DNA from: a virus
Virus record (IMG/VR): IMGVR_UViG_3300005748_000015
Coordinates: 1-64,000 of that record
Strand: one strand, 5' to 3'
Length of the DNA stretch: 64,000 nucleotides
Positions 37,897-48,395 of this stretch are shown here, one piece after another. Both the position numbers and the translations under genes were made by a program. Within the stretch, counting starts at the first letter, position 1. The number at the start of each line of letters is the position of its first letter. Under the pieces are notes generated by a model that worked only from the letters and a program-made list of their open reading frames with translations, had not been told where the DNA came from and did not search any database.

Positions 37897-38690
37897 TGGC
37901 ACAATTTTTTGGCACAGAAGATATTAAAGATTTGACAAAAACTAGCCAGACAACTCTGGAGTGGGCCGCTGGGTCTGTTTTAAGAATTGGAGGGCAAGCT
38001 TATAGTGTTTCTTCTGCCTTAACACTAGATTTGGCAACTGATATTGATACTGGCTCAGTAGCAAACGATACTATATATTATGTATACGCTGTTGTTGTAG
38101 CTGGGGTGGTTAGTCTTAAATACTCATTATCAAGCTCTGCTCCAACAGGGTTTGAAGCGTATAGAAAGATTGGTGCTTTTAGTACAGATGATAGTGCTGA
38201 AGTAACAGGGTCTTCTGTAAAAGACCAAGGTAGAGTGGGAGATATTATTCAATCAATGCTAACCGAAGAACAATTTATTGCTGAAAATGGTGCTGGTTGG
38301 GTATTGGCTGACGGTAGAAGTGCTGCTGGTAGTAAATATGCCACATTAATTGGGGCAAGTGTTCCAGATTTAAGAGGACAATTTTTACGTGGTAAAGATC
38401 ACGGCAGACATGCAATAGATGGTAACGGAAATCCCGATGGTGATTTAGCATTAGGGCAAGAACAGTCTGATAGATTAGGTAGTCACTCACACAGGGTTTG
38501 GGGTAAAACTTCTACAGGAGCAAGTTACAATGACCCTTTAAATTTTCCAGCATCGGGTATTACAGGTGAACAGACAGTAGGTAATGAAGGTTGGTTTAAC
38601 CAATATATTGAAAATACTGGCTCTGCTGAAACAAACCCAAGAAATATAACAGTAAACATATTTATTAAAATAGATGATATAGCGATATAA
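37896..38690 (+). CDS. Tail-collar domain fibre protein 1
   Basis: GWVLADGR..PDLRGQFLRG..SHSH..ETNPRN. Confidence 0.8.
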   Translation: MAQFFGTEDIKDLTKTSQTTLEWAAGSVLRIGGQAYSVSSALTLDLATDIDTGSVANDTIYYVYAVVVAGVVSLKYSLSSSAPTGFEAYRKIGAFSTDDSAEVTGSSVKDQGRVGDIIQSMLTEEQFIAENGAGWVLADGRSAAGSKYATLIGASVPDLRGQFLRGKDHGRHAIDGNGNPDGDLALGQEQSDRLGSHSHRVWGKTSTGASYNDPLNFPASGITGEQTVGNEGWFNQYIENTGSAETNPRNITVNIFIKIDDIAI

Positions 38691-38699
38691 GGATGAATA

Positions 38700-39860
38700 A
38701 TGGTACAAGGTAAAAATTCAAAGTCCTACAAGAAAAAGAATACGAGTGATCAAAATCAACCTCACACGGGTTTTAAAAATCTTGTATTTGGACATCAGTT
38801 TGCAAGTGCTGGGGAAACGATTATCCCTTTTAATTCCCTTGTCCAACCTACTGATTGGCCACAAGCTGGACTTGTAAACCCAAACGCTCAAACTCTTCTT
38901 GCAGCACAATTACAATTACTTAAAGATAATATCACAGTTACATCGTCAGCTCGTGGTTTAATTCAAAAATCTGAATATATTGTAAGAGCTAATGCAATTG
39001 AATTTTTAAATATTGAATCTCTTGCAAATGAAGCGTTTGAGGTTGAAGTTGCTGATTTAATGATCACTGGAAACTTAATTGTTGATTTACAAACAATTAG
39101 AATTCAAGGTGAATTACAAGATACCGAAACTGATTTTAACATGGGATATGCTTTTGATGTATTAAACGAAGAAATTATCGTATTCAGAAATGGTGTCCAA
39201 CTGTTTAGGTCTGACAATAACGACTCGTCAGGAACTACTGGTAACTATTATTACTTGAACGAAGATGAAAACGGTAAATCTAGTATTATTAGATTTTTTG
39301 AAGCTGCGACTTGGGATGAGCCTATTTTAATTGCTACGACTGGTGGCGTTGTTGACAATGCTAATGTTAGTACATTTCAACAGATTGAGCATTTAGCTGG
39401 ACAGTTAGATGCAATTGTTCCAACTGTTGCAGCATTAGCTGGTGTGCCAGAGACTAACTTTAGAAGTGGGCCGAATAATGTTGATTTAACTCAATTTGGT
39501 AATAAAGTATTGCAGAATGAAAATGACATAAATACAATAAACAATCCCTTCAAACAAGAAAGCTCAAATGGATATGTTGAATTACCAGGCGGTATATTGT
39601 TACAATGGGGAAATATTGTTTTGCCAGGTACAACTTGGAAATCTGGAGCAGATATATCTTTCAATATACCCTTTAGTACACTATATAATGTAACGGCTAC
39701 TGCTGTTAGAAACGATCTTACCACTTATACAACAGCGTTTCAAATAGATAATGGTAATAGTTCAAATAGCTCTTTTAGAGTTTGGAGTTCTATAGGCTTG
39801 GATGCAGAGGATGCTTCAACATCTTTAAATTTAAATTGGTTTGCTATAGGTAAGAAATAA
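38700..39860 (+). CDS. Tail fibre protein with C-terminal gp53-like/H-type lectin-like domain
   Basis: NGYVELPGGILLQWG..FNIPF..WFAIG. Confidence 0.75.
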   Translation: MVQGKNSKSYKKKNTSDQNQPHTGFKNLVFGHQFASAGETIIPFNSLVQPTDWPQAGLVNPNAQTLLAAQLQLLKDNITVTSSARGLIQKSEYIVRANAIEFLNIESLANEAFEVEVADLMITGNLIVDLQTIRIQGELQDTETDFNMGYAFDVLNEEIIVFRNGVQLFRSDNNDSSGTTGNYYYLNEDENGKSSIIRFFEAATWDEPILIATTGGVVDNANVSTFQQIEHLAGQLDAIVPTVAALAGVPETNFRSGPNNVDLTQFGNKVLQNENDINTINNPFKQESSNGYVELPGGILLQWGNIVLPGTTWKSGADISFNIPFSTLYNVTATAVRNDLTTYTTAFQIDNGNSSNSSFRVWSSIGLDAEDASTSLNLNWFAIGKK

Positions 39861-39886
39861 AAGTATATTAATAAAAAGGCTTAAAA

Positions 39887-40654
39887 ATGAAAAATTATAA
39901 ACATGGGAAATATATTGTATACGCTTTGATTGATCCTAGAAATAATGAAATAAGATATGTAGGAATGAGCACTAACGGACTTGTTAGACCTAAAAAACAT
40001 TTGATGCCAAGTTCATACAATAATAAAAATAAAAAACATTATCATGTTTATAATTGGATACGCAAACTTATTTCTTTAAATTTGAAGCCAGAAATAAAAG
40101 TACTAGAATCTTGCTCGAAAGAAAATTTATACAAAAGAGAGCAATATTACATTTTAAACTATAAAGAAATTGGATGTAATCTTACAAATAAAGTAGACGG
40201 TGGGCCTGGTATGTTGGGTTTAAAACATTCCGAAGAAACTAAAAAAAAACTATCTATAAAAGGTAAAAACAAAAAAGTTCCAGAAAAAACTTTAAAAATG
40301 TTTAGGAATCAAAAAGGGAAAAACCACCCTATGTACGGTAAAAAACATTCTGAAGAAAGTTTAAAAAAAATGAGAGAATCTCACTTAGGATATAAAATGC
40401 CTGAAGAACAAAAGAAAAAAATATCCAACTCTTTAAAAGGTAGAAAGTATGGCCCAGTTTCTGAAGGTCACAGAGAAAAACTGATAAAAGCCAAGAAAAA
40501 CAAAATGAAACCAATAATATGTTTAGAAACAGGTGAAAAGTTTGAATCTATAAATGACGCTTGTAGAAAGTTAAATTTAAATAAAAACTCTATTAGAAAA
40601 GTCATTAATGGAAAATGGAAAAAAACAAAAGGGTTAACTTTTAGCTTAATATAA
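39887..40654 (+). CDS. Free-standing GIY-YIG homing endonuclease with NUMOD3 repeats
   Basis: IVYALIDPR..IRYVG; HSEETKKKLS, NHPMYGKKHSEES. Confidence 0.88.
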   Translation: MKNYKHGKYIVYALIDPRNNEIRYVGMSTNGLVRPKKHLMPSSYNNKNKKHYHVYNWIRKLISLNLKPEIKVLESCSKENLYKREQYYILNYKEIGCNLTNKVDGGPGMLGLKHSEETKKKLSIKGKNKKVPEKTLKMFRNQKGKNHPMYGKKHSEESLKKMRESHLGYKMPEEQKKKISNSLKGRKYGPVSEGHREKLIKAKKNKMKPIICLETGEKFESINDACRKLNLNKNSIRKVINGKWKKTKGLTFSLI

Positions 40655-40666
40655 AGGAAATAAAAT

Positions 40667-40987
40667 ATGCCAAAAACATTATTACTTAACCAAAATGTAC
40701 AACTTTCATCTCCCAATCCTGACATAGATTGGAGTAGAGGTGATACTTTCTATTTAGACACAACTGTAGATGAAACTTTTACATTTTCAAATGTAACAGA
40801 TGGTAGAACTATAATAATAATAGTTAGAAACAATGACGTATCTACTCATACTATGAACTTTCCTGCTGGGATTTTTAAACAGGAACAATTTGACGGTGTT
40901 ATATCTGCGTTAACAGAAACGGTATTTACATTAATACGTAGTAATGGCAAAATATATATTACTGAAGTAAAGGAAATGGATAACTAA
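40667..40987 (+). CDS. Small beta-rich fibre/adaptor protein
   Basis: IDWSRG..TFTFSN..G..IIIV pattern; tail operon. Confidence 0.55.
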   Translation: MPKTLLLNQNVQLSSPNPDIDWSRGDTFYLDTTVDETFTFSNVTDGRTIIIIVRNNDVSTHTMNFPAGIFKQEQFDGVISALTETVFTLIRSNGKIYITEVKEMDN

Positions 40988-40988
40988 T

Positions 40989-42038
40989 ATGCCTAGACAA
41001 AAGCCTCTTAGTTTTATTAAAGGAATCGCTATTCCACCTTATGCAACAGGTGCTGATGGTGATTTGATTGTAGACAATGGACAAACGGTTACATTAACAG
41101 GTGGGCAAATATATCAATATGAAAATATTGACATAAGAGCTGGCGGTACGGTAAATATTGATAACTCATCGCTTAATATGACACAAATATTGGCTAGAAA
41201 AAGCTTTAATATTAGTGGAACACTAAATTGTAGAGGTGTTGAAAATAATGGATATTCTAGAACAGGAAGTTTCATATCTGGAATAGCTTATTCTTATTCT
41301 ATTAGCCAACGCCAAGGTGGTAGAGGTGGTGGAGGAAACTCCGAAGCTGACTCTGGTAAAGCTTTAGGTGGTGCTGCTGCAAATGGTTATGGTGGAGGCG
41401 GTGGGGGCGGTGCCTCACGTAGTTCATCACGAGCTAGAGGTGGTACAAATAACGGTGCTGGTGGAACTGGTCTTTACGATGGTAGCGCATTTTTAATTGG
41501 GACATTCAATAACCCTGGAGGATCAGGAAACTTCACGCAAGGAAATGGTCACAGTGGCAATGCTGGTGATCCAATTAATGGGTCAGCTAGAGGTGGAGAA
41601 GGAGGCGGTTCCGGTGGTGGCGGTGGTGGTGGTCAAGGTGGTGATCGAGGACGTGGAGGCGGTGGTGGAGGAAACAAAGGCCTCCATGGTAAAATGCTTT
41701 ATTTAATGTGCTCTTTTGATATAACAGGTACAGGTATAGTAAACGTATCAGGTTCTAATGGCTTTGCAGGAGGAGCTGGTGGTAATATAGTCGCTGGCGA
41801 AGGTGGAGCCGGAGGCGGTGGCGGTGGTGGAGCCGGAGGCTCAGGCGGTCATTTATATGTACAAGCCCTTTCTTTTGAACCATCACGAAGTTTTGGAGGC
41901 GGTTCCGGTGGTGCTGCTGGGCCTAGAGGTGCAGATAGTAGTGCATCTGGTGGTGAAATTGGATTATCTTCGCAAGGTGGGCAATCTGGTAATTCTGGTA
42001 GTTATTTTTTAGAAACTAATGTTTTTAGGTCAAGTTAA
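40989..42038 (+). CDS. Glycine-rich (polyglycine-II type) putative adhesin
   Basis: GADGDL start, many GGGGG runs separated by beta strands. Confidence 0.7.
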   Translation: MPRQKPLSFIKGIAIPPYATGADGDLIVDNGQTVTLTGGQIYQYENIDIRAGGTVNIDNSSLNMTQILARKSFNISGTLNCRGVENNGYSRTGSFISGIAYSYSISQRQGGRGGGGNSEADSGKALGGAAANGYGGGGGGGASRSSSRARGGTNNGAGGTGLYDGSAFLIGTFNNPGGSGNFTQGNGHSGNAGDPINGSARGGEGGGSGGGGGGGQGGDRGRGGGGGGNKGLHGKMLYLMCSFDITGTGIVNVSGSNGFAGGAGGNIVAGEGGAGGGGGGGAGGSGGHLYVQALSFEPSRSFGGGSGGAAGPRGADSSASGGEIGLSSQGGQSGNSGSYFLETNVFRSS

Positions 42039-42544
42039 TGAAAGTATTTACGGTTACAGAGAAAAAAATTAGGTATTGGGATAAAGTTAGGGATATGCCT
42101 AGTTTTAAGCTAAATATAGAAGCTACATACAATATAACTGTTGATTGTTATGTTGTAAATCACAATAATTTTGATTTTTTATCTTTAAATTATACAAACT
42201 TTGAAGTGTCAGAAAATAAAGATGAGATTATCTTTATGCAGAGCGTTTATAAAGATAAAATTAGACAAGATTGGTTTGGTTGGCCTACAATGGAATATGA
42301 TGAATTGCAAGCTAACTATACAAGTGAGCAAATTGAACAAATAAAAATTGCCAAAAGTAATTATACAAATAATCAATGTAAAACTTGGGAAAAGTATTTG
42401 CATTGCAATATAGACCCAGCTGATTATAATGACGAAATACCTGAAGATTTTCCCCGGATACCAAGGGTATATATTGATTTTGTGATTGATGAATTAGATT
42501 GGGAAGAAGTAGCAAGAGTGGATGTAACAAAATATGAAGCTTAA
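42038..42544 (+). CDS. Hypothetical protein
   Basis: TAATG coupling. Confidence 0.6.
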   Translation: MKVFTVTEKKIRYWDKVRDMPSFKLNIEATYNITVDCYVVNHNNFDFLSLNYTNFEVSENKDEIIFMQSVYKDKIRQDWFGWPTMEYDELQANYTSEQIEQIKIAKSNYTNNQCKTWEKYLHCNIDPADYNDEIPEDFPRIPRVYIDFVIDELDWEEVARVDVTKYEA

Positions 42545-43196
42545 AATAGTTGAAAAACCTGTCAAACATTTAGTTGTAGAAGATTTTCTTTCAAAAGAAG
42601 AAATGGCTTTATGTTTAGAAGAATTAAAAAATTTACAAGATTATTTTCATGATGGCTATTGGTTTGATGAGATTAATGGTAGTCATGTTAATCATAATAT
42701 AAAAAAATGTTTAAATATAGACCCTTATTACTATTACATGGAAAAAAAGAATGAATCTTATATATTAAGAGAAATAATTGGAAAAAAGCTTTGGAGCAAA
42801 GAACTTAGAGATTTTTATGACAGCGCAGGTTCTGATTCAATTTTTTCTTATATGAATGAAACAGATTTTGATCAAGCTGTTATTGCTGGGTTTAGAGATG
42901 GAGATTTTTATAATTGGCATAGAGATTTAGGCGTAACAACTGCCAATATAATGTTATCAAATATTGAAGGATTTAAAGGTGGAGATTTTGTATTGAGTAA
43001 TAGGTGCGGTTTAGGTGAAAATGAAAGGATTATAGGTGATAATTTTGAAACAATTACTTATGAATATAAACCTGGAATGGCAATTATATTTCCAGCAAGA
43101 TTTCAACATAAAGTCACCAAAACAGAAACTATAAATGATGATATAGAAAATATAAGATTTACGTTACAAAGTAGATGTTATGTAACCAATTTTTAA
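42534..43196 (+). CDS. 2OG-Fe(II) oxygenase (prolyl-hydroxylase-like)
   Basis: YNWHRD (HxD), GGDF, IFP..HKV, RFT. Confidence 0.85.
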   Translation: MKLKIVEKPVKHLVVEDFLSKEEMALCLEELKNLQDYFHDGYWFDEINGSHVNHNIKKCLNIDPYYYYMEKKNESYILREIIGKKLWSKELRDFYDSAGSDSIFSYMNETDFDQAVIAGFRDGDFYNWHRDLGVTTANIMLSNIEGFKGGDFVLSNRCGLGENERIIGDNFETITYEYKPGMAIIFPARFQHKVTKTETINDDIENIRFTLQSRCYVTNF

Positions 43197-43205
43197 GGAA
43201 TAATA

Positions 43206-43769
43206 ATGGGAAGTTTATCACGAGGAACTAAAGCAGATCAATTTACCTATGTACCAGCTGGTACAGTTTTACCGTTTGCTGGTGCAACAGCTCCTGCTGG
43301 CTGGGCAATATGCAACGGTGATCCTGTCAGTAGAACTGATTATGCAGAATTGTTTACTGCAATTGGTGAGTTGTGGGGAGTTGGTGACGGTTCTACCACA
43401 TTTAATCTTCCAGATATGAGAGGGCAGTTTTTAAGAGGCAAAGATTACGGCAGAAATGCGATAGATGGCAAGGGAAATCCCGATGGAGATTTAGATGTAG
43501 GTGTTTATACAGAAGATGCCATGCAAAGGATTACAGGTCAGACTTATCCTGAAGCCACAATACCTTATAGTATCGGTTCTGGTGGTATTTTCCAAGGGGT
43601 TTTCAACCAAGGTGGGACTGTAGGTAATAGGGTTTCAACTCAAGCTGGAACAGGTGGTAGAACTTTACTTTTTGACTCTGCATCTTCAACATCTCCAAAC
43701 CCAGCTAAAACAAACGATAATGAAACTCGCCCTAAAAACGTAACAGTAAATTATATAATTAAATTATAG
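43206..43769 (+). CDS. Tail-collar domain fibre protein 2
   Basis: PAGTVLPFAG..GWAICNG..Y.ELF.AIG..GDGSTTFNLPDMRG..ETRPKN. Confidence 0.88.
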   Translation: MGSLSRGTKADQFTYVPAGTVLPFAGATAPAGWAICNGDPVSRTDYAELFTAIGELWGVGDGSTTFNLPDMRGQFLRGKDYGRNAIDGKGNPDGDLDVGVYTEDAMQRITGQTYPEATIPYSIGSGGIFQGVFNQGGTVGNRVSTQAGTGGRTLLFDSASSTSPNPAKTNDNETRPKNVTVNYIIKL

Positions 43770-43779
43770 GAGAATAATA

Positions 43780-44286
43780 ATGGCAACAAATCCTTTGACT
43801 CCAAGAGTTAACAATATTGAAACAGGTGGTACTTGGAAGATTGGCGATGTAAAACAATCGTTTCTTACAGAGGCAGAATTCCAGGCTGAACATGACGACA
43901 CATGGGTTTTATGTGATGGTAGAGATGTTATAGGTAGTGATTATGCTATTTTAAAAGAAGGTGATGCGGTTACTTCTCACAATATTCCTGATGCTAGAGG
44001 GCAGTTTTTAAGAGGTTTAGATACAACGGAAGGTGTTGACCCTGATTTTGCCACAAGAACATTAGGTAGTAGTCAGGCTGATGAGTTTAAAAGTCACGCA
44101 CATACTACGTCTGATATTTTTAGATACGACAAAGGTGGAGGCTCTTCTGGAGCAGATAGATACTTGGATGTAGACCTTCAAGGTCGTGGTACACCTACTA
44201 TAAATCCCTCTGGTGGAGATGAAACAAGACCTAAAAATGTAGCATGTAATATGTTTATAAAAATAAACAGAGAGCCTAGTGCTTAG
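43780..44286 (+). CDS. Tail-collar domain fibre protein 3
   Basis: WVLCDGR..PDARGQFLRG..KSHAH..ETRPKN. Confidence 0.82.
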   Translation: MATNPLTPRVNNIETGGTWKIGDVKQSFLTEAEFQAEHDDTWVLCDGRDVIGSDYAILKEGDAVTSHNIPDARGQFLRGLDTTEGVDPDFATRTLGSSQADEFKSHAHTTSDIFRYDKGGGSSGADRYLDVDLQGRGTPTINPSGGDETRPKNVACNMFIKINREPSA

Positions 44287-44288
44287 TT

Positions 44289-44963
44289 CTATCTAAATGG
44301 ATGTCCTTCTTCAAAGTAATTATTTATCCATTTTTTCTCTGGCACTACTTTAGATAAAAAATGATTCATATCTTTTAGTTGTAGCCACAGTAGCATTCTG
44401 CTGCTTTTATTGCCTTTATATATTACCATAAGTGCATTTAAATAAAAGGCAACAGTTTCTAATTTACTTACTTTTTTATTGTTAATTTTTTTGACATAAA
44501 AAATATCCCATAAAGGTAGTAAAAAAGTCAAGCAATAAACTTCTTTTATTCTATTTTGCCAGAAATAATTTCTGTGTTCTTTTCTTATTTGAAATAACTT
44601 TATTAAAGCTTTTAATACATTTATTACGGATAATTTTTCAGGTTGATAATCGTCAAAATTACAAAAGTTCCAGTGTGATTTTTCTAAATCTTCAATCCCC
44701 AAATACCCCAAAGAAATCATCCCTATAACTTCGTCTTTTGACATAGGCGGCTCTTCTTTGTCTGGCAATCTGTTTATTTTTAATGGACTATAACTTTTGA
44801 CACATTTTTCAAAAGCTAATTTTCGTTTAGAATCGGTTATATGATCGGATTTTTCTGTTAAGTATTTTGAATAAGCTGTATAAATATTTCGATTATTACT
44901 TCGAGGTTTTCCGTTGATGCATTTTCTATCATGCCAATAAGTATCTTTATCTTGGTAGCTCAT
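44289..44963 (-). CDS. Hypothetical protein
   Basis: 224-aa ORF, AGGAG RBS. Confidence 0.7.
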   Translation of the reverse strand: MSYQDKDTYWHDRKCINGKPRSNNRNIYTAYSKYLTEKSDHITDSKRKLAFEKCVKSYSPLKINRLPDKEEPPMSKDEVIGMISLGYLGIEDLEKSHWNFCNFDDYQPEKLSVINVLKALIKLFQIRKEHRNYFWQNRIKEVYCLTFLLPLWDIFYVKKINNKKVSKLETVAFYLNALMVIYKGNKSSRMLLWLQLKDMNHFLSKVVPEKKWINNYFEEGHPFR

Positions 44964-45376
44964 TAGCTATTCTCCTGAATTACCTCTTTAACAACTTTAG
45001 CTAGGATAGCTCCGTCTACATTGTCTAGTTTTTTCTTGATAGAACCTATCGTTTTACCTACCTCACTAGAAGGATTTTGTTTTAAATATTCTTTTACGTA
45101 TTTTCTAGTCTCTTCTTCAGACAGCTGCTTTGGTAAAAGCTCCTTAATTAAATTATATTCTTTTTCCAAGTCTTCGTACTTGTCTGTATTTTCATACATT
45201 TTTAATGTTTTACTTAGTTTTTTTGCATATTTTTTTATTAGTTCTGTTTCGTCAATTTTATTTTTAGATTTTTCATTGTTTAAAAATTCAGATTTTAATA
45301 AAACAAAAACATTTGCTGTAAATTTATCTTTATTTTTTTTAGCTTCAATTATTTTTTTATTTATCAAATCTATCAT
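44963..45376 (-). CDS. GatB/YqeY domain protein
   Basis: EA.K.KD..LKSE..LPKQLSEEE..G..DG..V motifs. Confidence 0.8.
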   Translation of the reverse strand: MIDLINKKIIEAKKNKDKFTANVFVLLKSEFLNNEKSKNKIDETELIKKYAKKLSKTLKMYENTDKYEDLEKEYNLIKELLPKQLSEEETRKYVKEYLKQNPSSEVGKTIGSIKKKLDNVDGAILAKVVKEVIQENS

Positions 45377-45624
45377 ACTCGATCCTTTAAGTATTTTTCA
45401 AAATTAACTTTTGACTCAGTGCTAATTTGTTGTGATGTAATTTTTTTCCAATTTACCAGACAACAATATTTTAAATTATTTGTGTTTTGAATTTGCTTCT
45501 TAACCAGCGATGGTACAAATACATCTTCATCAAAAGCCATCTCAATAGAGCATATAGATTCTCCGTCATTATAACAGACAAAATACCATGACAAATCATC
45601 TATCGATGTGTATCTGTCTATCAT
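45373..45624 (-). CDS. Hypothetical protein
   Basis: Operon packing. Confidence 0.55.
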   Translation of the reverse strand: MIDRYTSIDDLSWYFVCYNDGESICSIEMAFDEDVFVPSLVKKQIQNTNNLKYCCLVNWKKITSQQISTESKVNFEKYLKDRV

Positions 45625-45830
45625 TACTCTTTATCCTTTATACACTCGGAAAGTCTATCTGGACTCCACCTTTTTCCGATCTCAACCCCATACATTGAAT
45701 ATTTTGTTTTTTCAACACACTCAATCAGCTGTTTTTGACATTTTTTTTGATACTTATCAACCTGTTTGATAACTTTAAATCCGTTACCGACCTGACAGGC
45801 CAGGATAATTACTTGTAATATTTCAATCAT
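45624..45830 (-). CDS. Small Cys-containing protein, paralog A
   Basis: GAGG RBS; CQ..V.KYQ..C....C...R...C. Confidence 0.6.
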   Translation of the reverse strand: MIEILQVIILACQVGNGFKVIKQVDKYQKKCQKQLIECVEKTKYSMYGVEIGKRWSPDRLSECIKDKE

Positions 45831-46024
45831 TTTAACCTCTTTCTCATACATTTTTCTATACGATCATTTGCTATTTCTTTTTTAATACAATCCATGTACC
45901 AGACTCTACATTCTAATTGATATTTTTCTACATTCTTAAGTTCTGTCCATTTACTTTTGTTGTCTTCCAACGCACTAATCTGACATAAAGAAACAATCAA
46001 TGTGAGCGTTTGTAAACTAAGCAT
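45827..46024 (-). CDS. Small Cys-containing protein, paralog B
   Basis: Same four-Cys pattern as neighbour. Confidence 0.6.
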   Translation of the reverse strand: MLSLQTLTLIVSLCQISALEDNKSKWTELKNVEKYQLECRVWYMDCIKKEIANDRIEKCMRKRLK

Positions 46025-46520
46025 AAGTCCACCTTGGCTCTCTAGCGTCCATATCCCAGCGATCATTAATGTAGGCCTGGTAAGCAGCATGTACATCTTT
46101 GACGTGTTTGTAATTAAGTCCTAAACTATCGTGTGCTGCACAGTTAGGAAATTCTGTTCTAGCTCCAGCAGGGATGTTTTTGGCAAAAGCCATTGCAAGT
46201 TTAATATTGTTTCGAGCGTTAGCATGACCCTTGCCACCACGCCTATAATGTTCGTTTAAAAACTCTAGCGTACTTCTACACATATGTAAGAAATTTGACC
46301 TGTTTTTTCTTACCCATATAGTACACGGATGATTAAAATGCCCCTTAGTACCAAAAGGGTTGCCGTTTAGACGTTTAGGAAGTTGATCTGGTGTTGCACC
46401 GTGAAATCCCATAGCTACAGCAATCATTTGCTGAAACTCGCTTATAAACTTATTTAAACGCACATTATCCATAAATTTAGCGTTTTCTCTAGGTGTTGGC
46501 ATAGGTACTGGATAGTTCAT
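46017..46520 (-). CDS. Pyrimidine dimer DNA glycosylase (DenV-like)
   Basis: K.ISE.QQM and H.NHPCTIWVR..N motifs; AYQAY. Confidence 0.75.
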   Translation of the reverse strand: MNYPVPMPTPRENAKFMDNVRLNKFISEFQQMIAVAMGFHGATPDQLPKRLNGNPFGTKGHFNHPCTIWVRKNRSNFLHMCRSTLEFLNEHYRRGGKGHANARNNIKLAMAFAKNIPAGARTEFPNCAAHDSLGLNYKHVKDVHAAYQAYINDRWDMDAREPRWTYA

Positions 46521-48395
46521 TGCAAAGGCTCCTTTGGTTCTCCCCTGATCATATTCTTGACATTTACGTAGACATTCTTACTGTCAGAATCAATGCCTAC
46601 TAACAGCATATCATATAAATCAGATATTTCAAAGAAAACAATCTCTTTATTTTGCTCAAACTCTTCTAAATATTCAATAAATTCTTTTACAGTCATACTA
46701 TTCCACGGGTATAAAGGGTTTTTCACACATATAACAGGGAACAATTTCCCCTAAATCCGATTCCTCAATGTCTTGTACTTGACCACAATGAGGGCATTCT
46801 GTTTGTAACGATCTCCAAGCTTCTGCGTCTGGTATTTCGTTTTCGTTCATTATTTCACTCCAAATCCTGTGCATTTGCACTTACATTTTCTAAGCCAATC
46901 TCTAAGATCATAGAGTTGGTTATCACAAACTGTTTTTAAATGTGTCTCATCAGCTTTTTCAGATAAACACAAAGACCATCCTTTCATAGCTTTGTTATCT
47001 TTCAATTTTAAACTTAAAAGATCGTCGTAAGTTTTATAATACTTTTTTTTACATTCATTATATTTATCTTGATACTTACTAACCATTCCATATAATGACA
47101 GTATAATAATTAAATACAAAACATGTGTTGTGCGACTCATTTACCCAACTCCCACGCTACAGAATTAATCCAATCAATATACCATCGTTCTGTTTCAAGT
47201 CTATCGCCAAGTTTTTCAGTTAATTTTCTGGTATTAACCGTATGCTCCCAGCAAGCTTTAAACATATCAACTTGTTCTGGAGTATATCTATCCTCAGAGC
47301 CGTCCATCCACTCTTCAAATGTTTTTCTTTCCATAAAAGCTCCTTAATGATTTATATACACTTACTGAAGTTTGTACTGTTAATATTGTAAAAAAATAAA
47401 AAAACAAAATTATATCATTTAATATTTTTTTAATTAAATTTATTTTTGACATAAAAAATCTCACAATTATCTCTTTTGTCACTCTCCCTTTCCCATATAT
47501 AACCGTCTGTATCTGCTTTTAAAAGAAATGTGCCTTTTACGGGCGCACCCTTATCTTGTAAAATAGCAAGTGTTAATTGTTCTTTTTTAAAAAATTGATA
47601 TTTATGATTTTTCCAATCTTCCGGTCTAATTATAAATCTATTCATTTTCAAACTCTCCAAGTGAAGGGTTCCAATTCCCAAACATACCATCTTTTGCATA
47701 CATTTCTTCAGGTGGACCAGATAGATCAATGCCAAGTTCAAGGGCTAAATCTATACATTTATTAACTGTTTCAGGAGCATACGTAAATCTACCATCAGCA
47801 TATCTTCTAGCCATCCACAAAGTCTCTCTTATAATATGTTCTAGATCATTAATTGCATTTTGAGCATCCATACAAACACCATAATCACACTTGTCTAACT
47901 CCATCATTCTTTCTAGTCCATCTTTAATCAAATTTATTTTCATGAATCTTTGCCTTCTTTTTTAATTTTATTTTCAACTGTTTAGATGTTTTATAAAATC
48001 CGTTTTTAGCTTGCCAACATCCTATAAATATATTTTTTTCAACATCAGAAACATCTCCTAAACTTTCCATATATTCCTTCTCTTTCTTTCTTGCATATTT
48101 TGTAAAAATGCCAAATTTTCTGTATATCCAAGCGTGTAATTTTAGTAACATTCTACTCATCCTCTGGCTTCCATCGACAAAAATGTTTTATGTATCTTAA
48201 TCTAACTTCTTCGTCCGATAAATAAGCAGCCCCATATCCAACCTTACTTTCTTCTATATTTCTATCAAAAGGAGGTAGCATCCCCACTTCTTCACAAGAA
48301 GTTAACATTCTATCAGCAATTTGCTCTAAGGTAAGTACAAATTCTGAATCACCAGCTTCTACCATTAGTTTTACCATTTCACTTCTTTTCTTCAT
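46517..48395 (-). other. Run of eight small hypothetical CDS (46517-46696, 46698-46850 Zn-ribbon, 46850-47140 TM, 47137-47334, 47430-47645, 47638-47943, 47924-48160, 48153-48395)
   Basis: Tightly packed or overlapping ORFs with RBS; CPHC..CYMC in 46698. Confidence 0.6.

Noticed and set aside
37896-44286. DGR or shufflon acting on tail-collar genes
   Set aside because: No reverse transcriptase or recombinase in the window, no adenine-specific TR/VR pair, all genes co-oriented with their own starts
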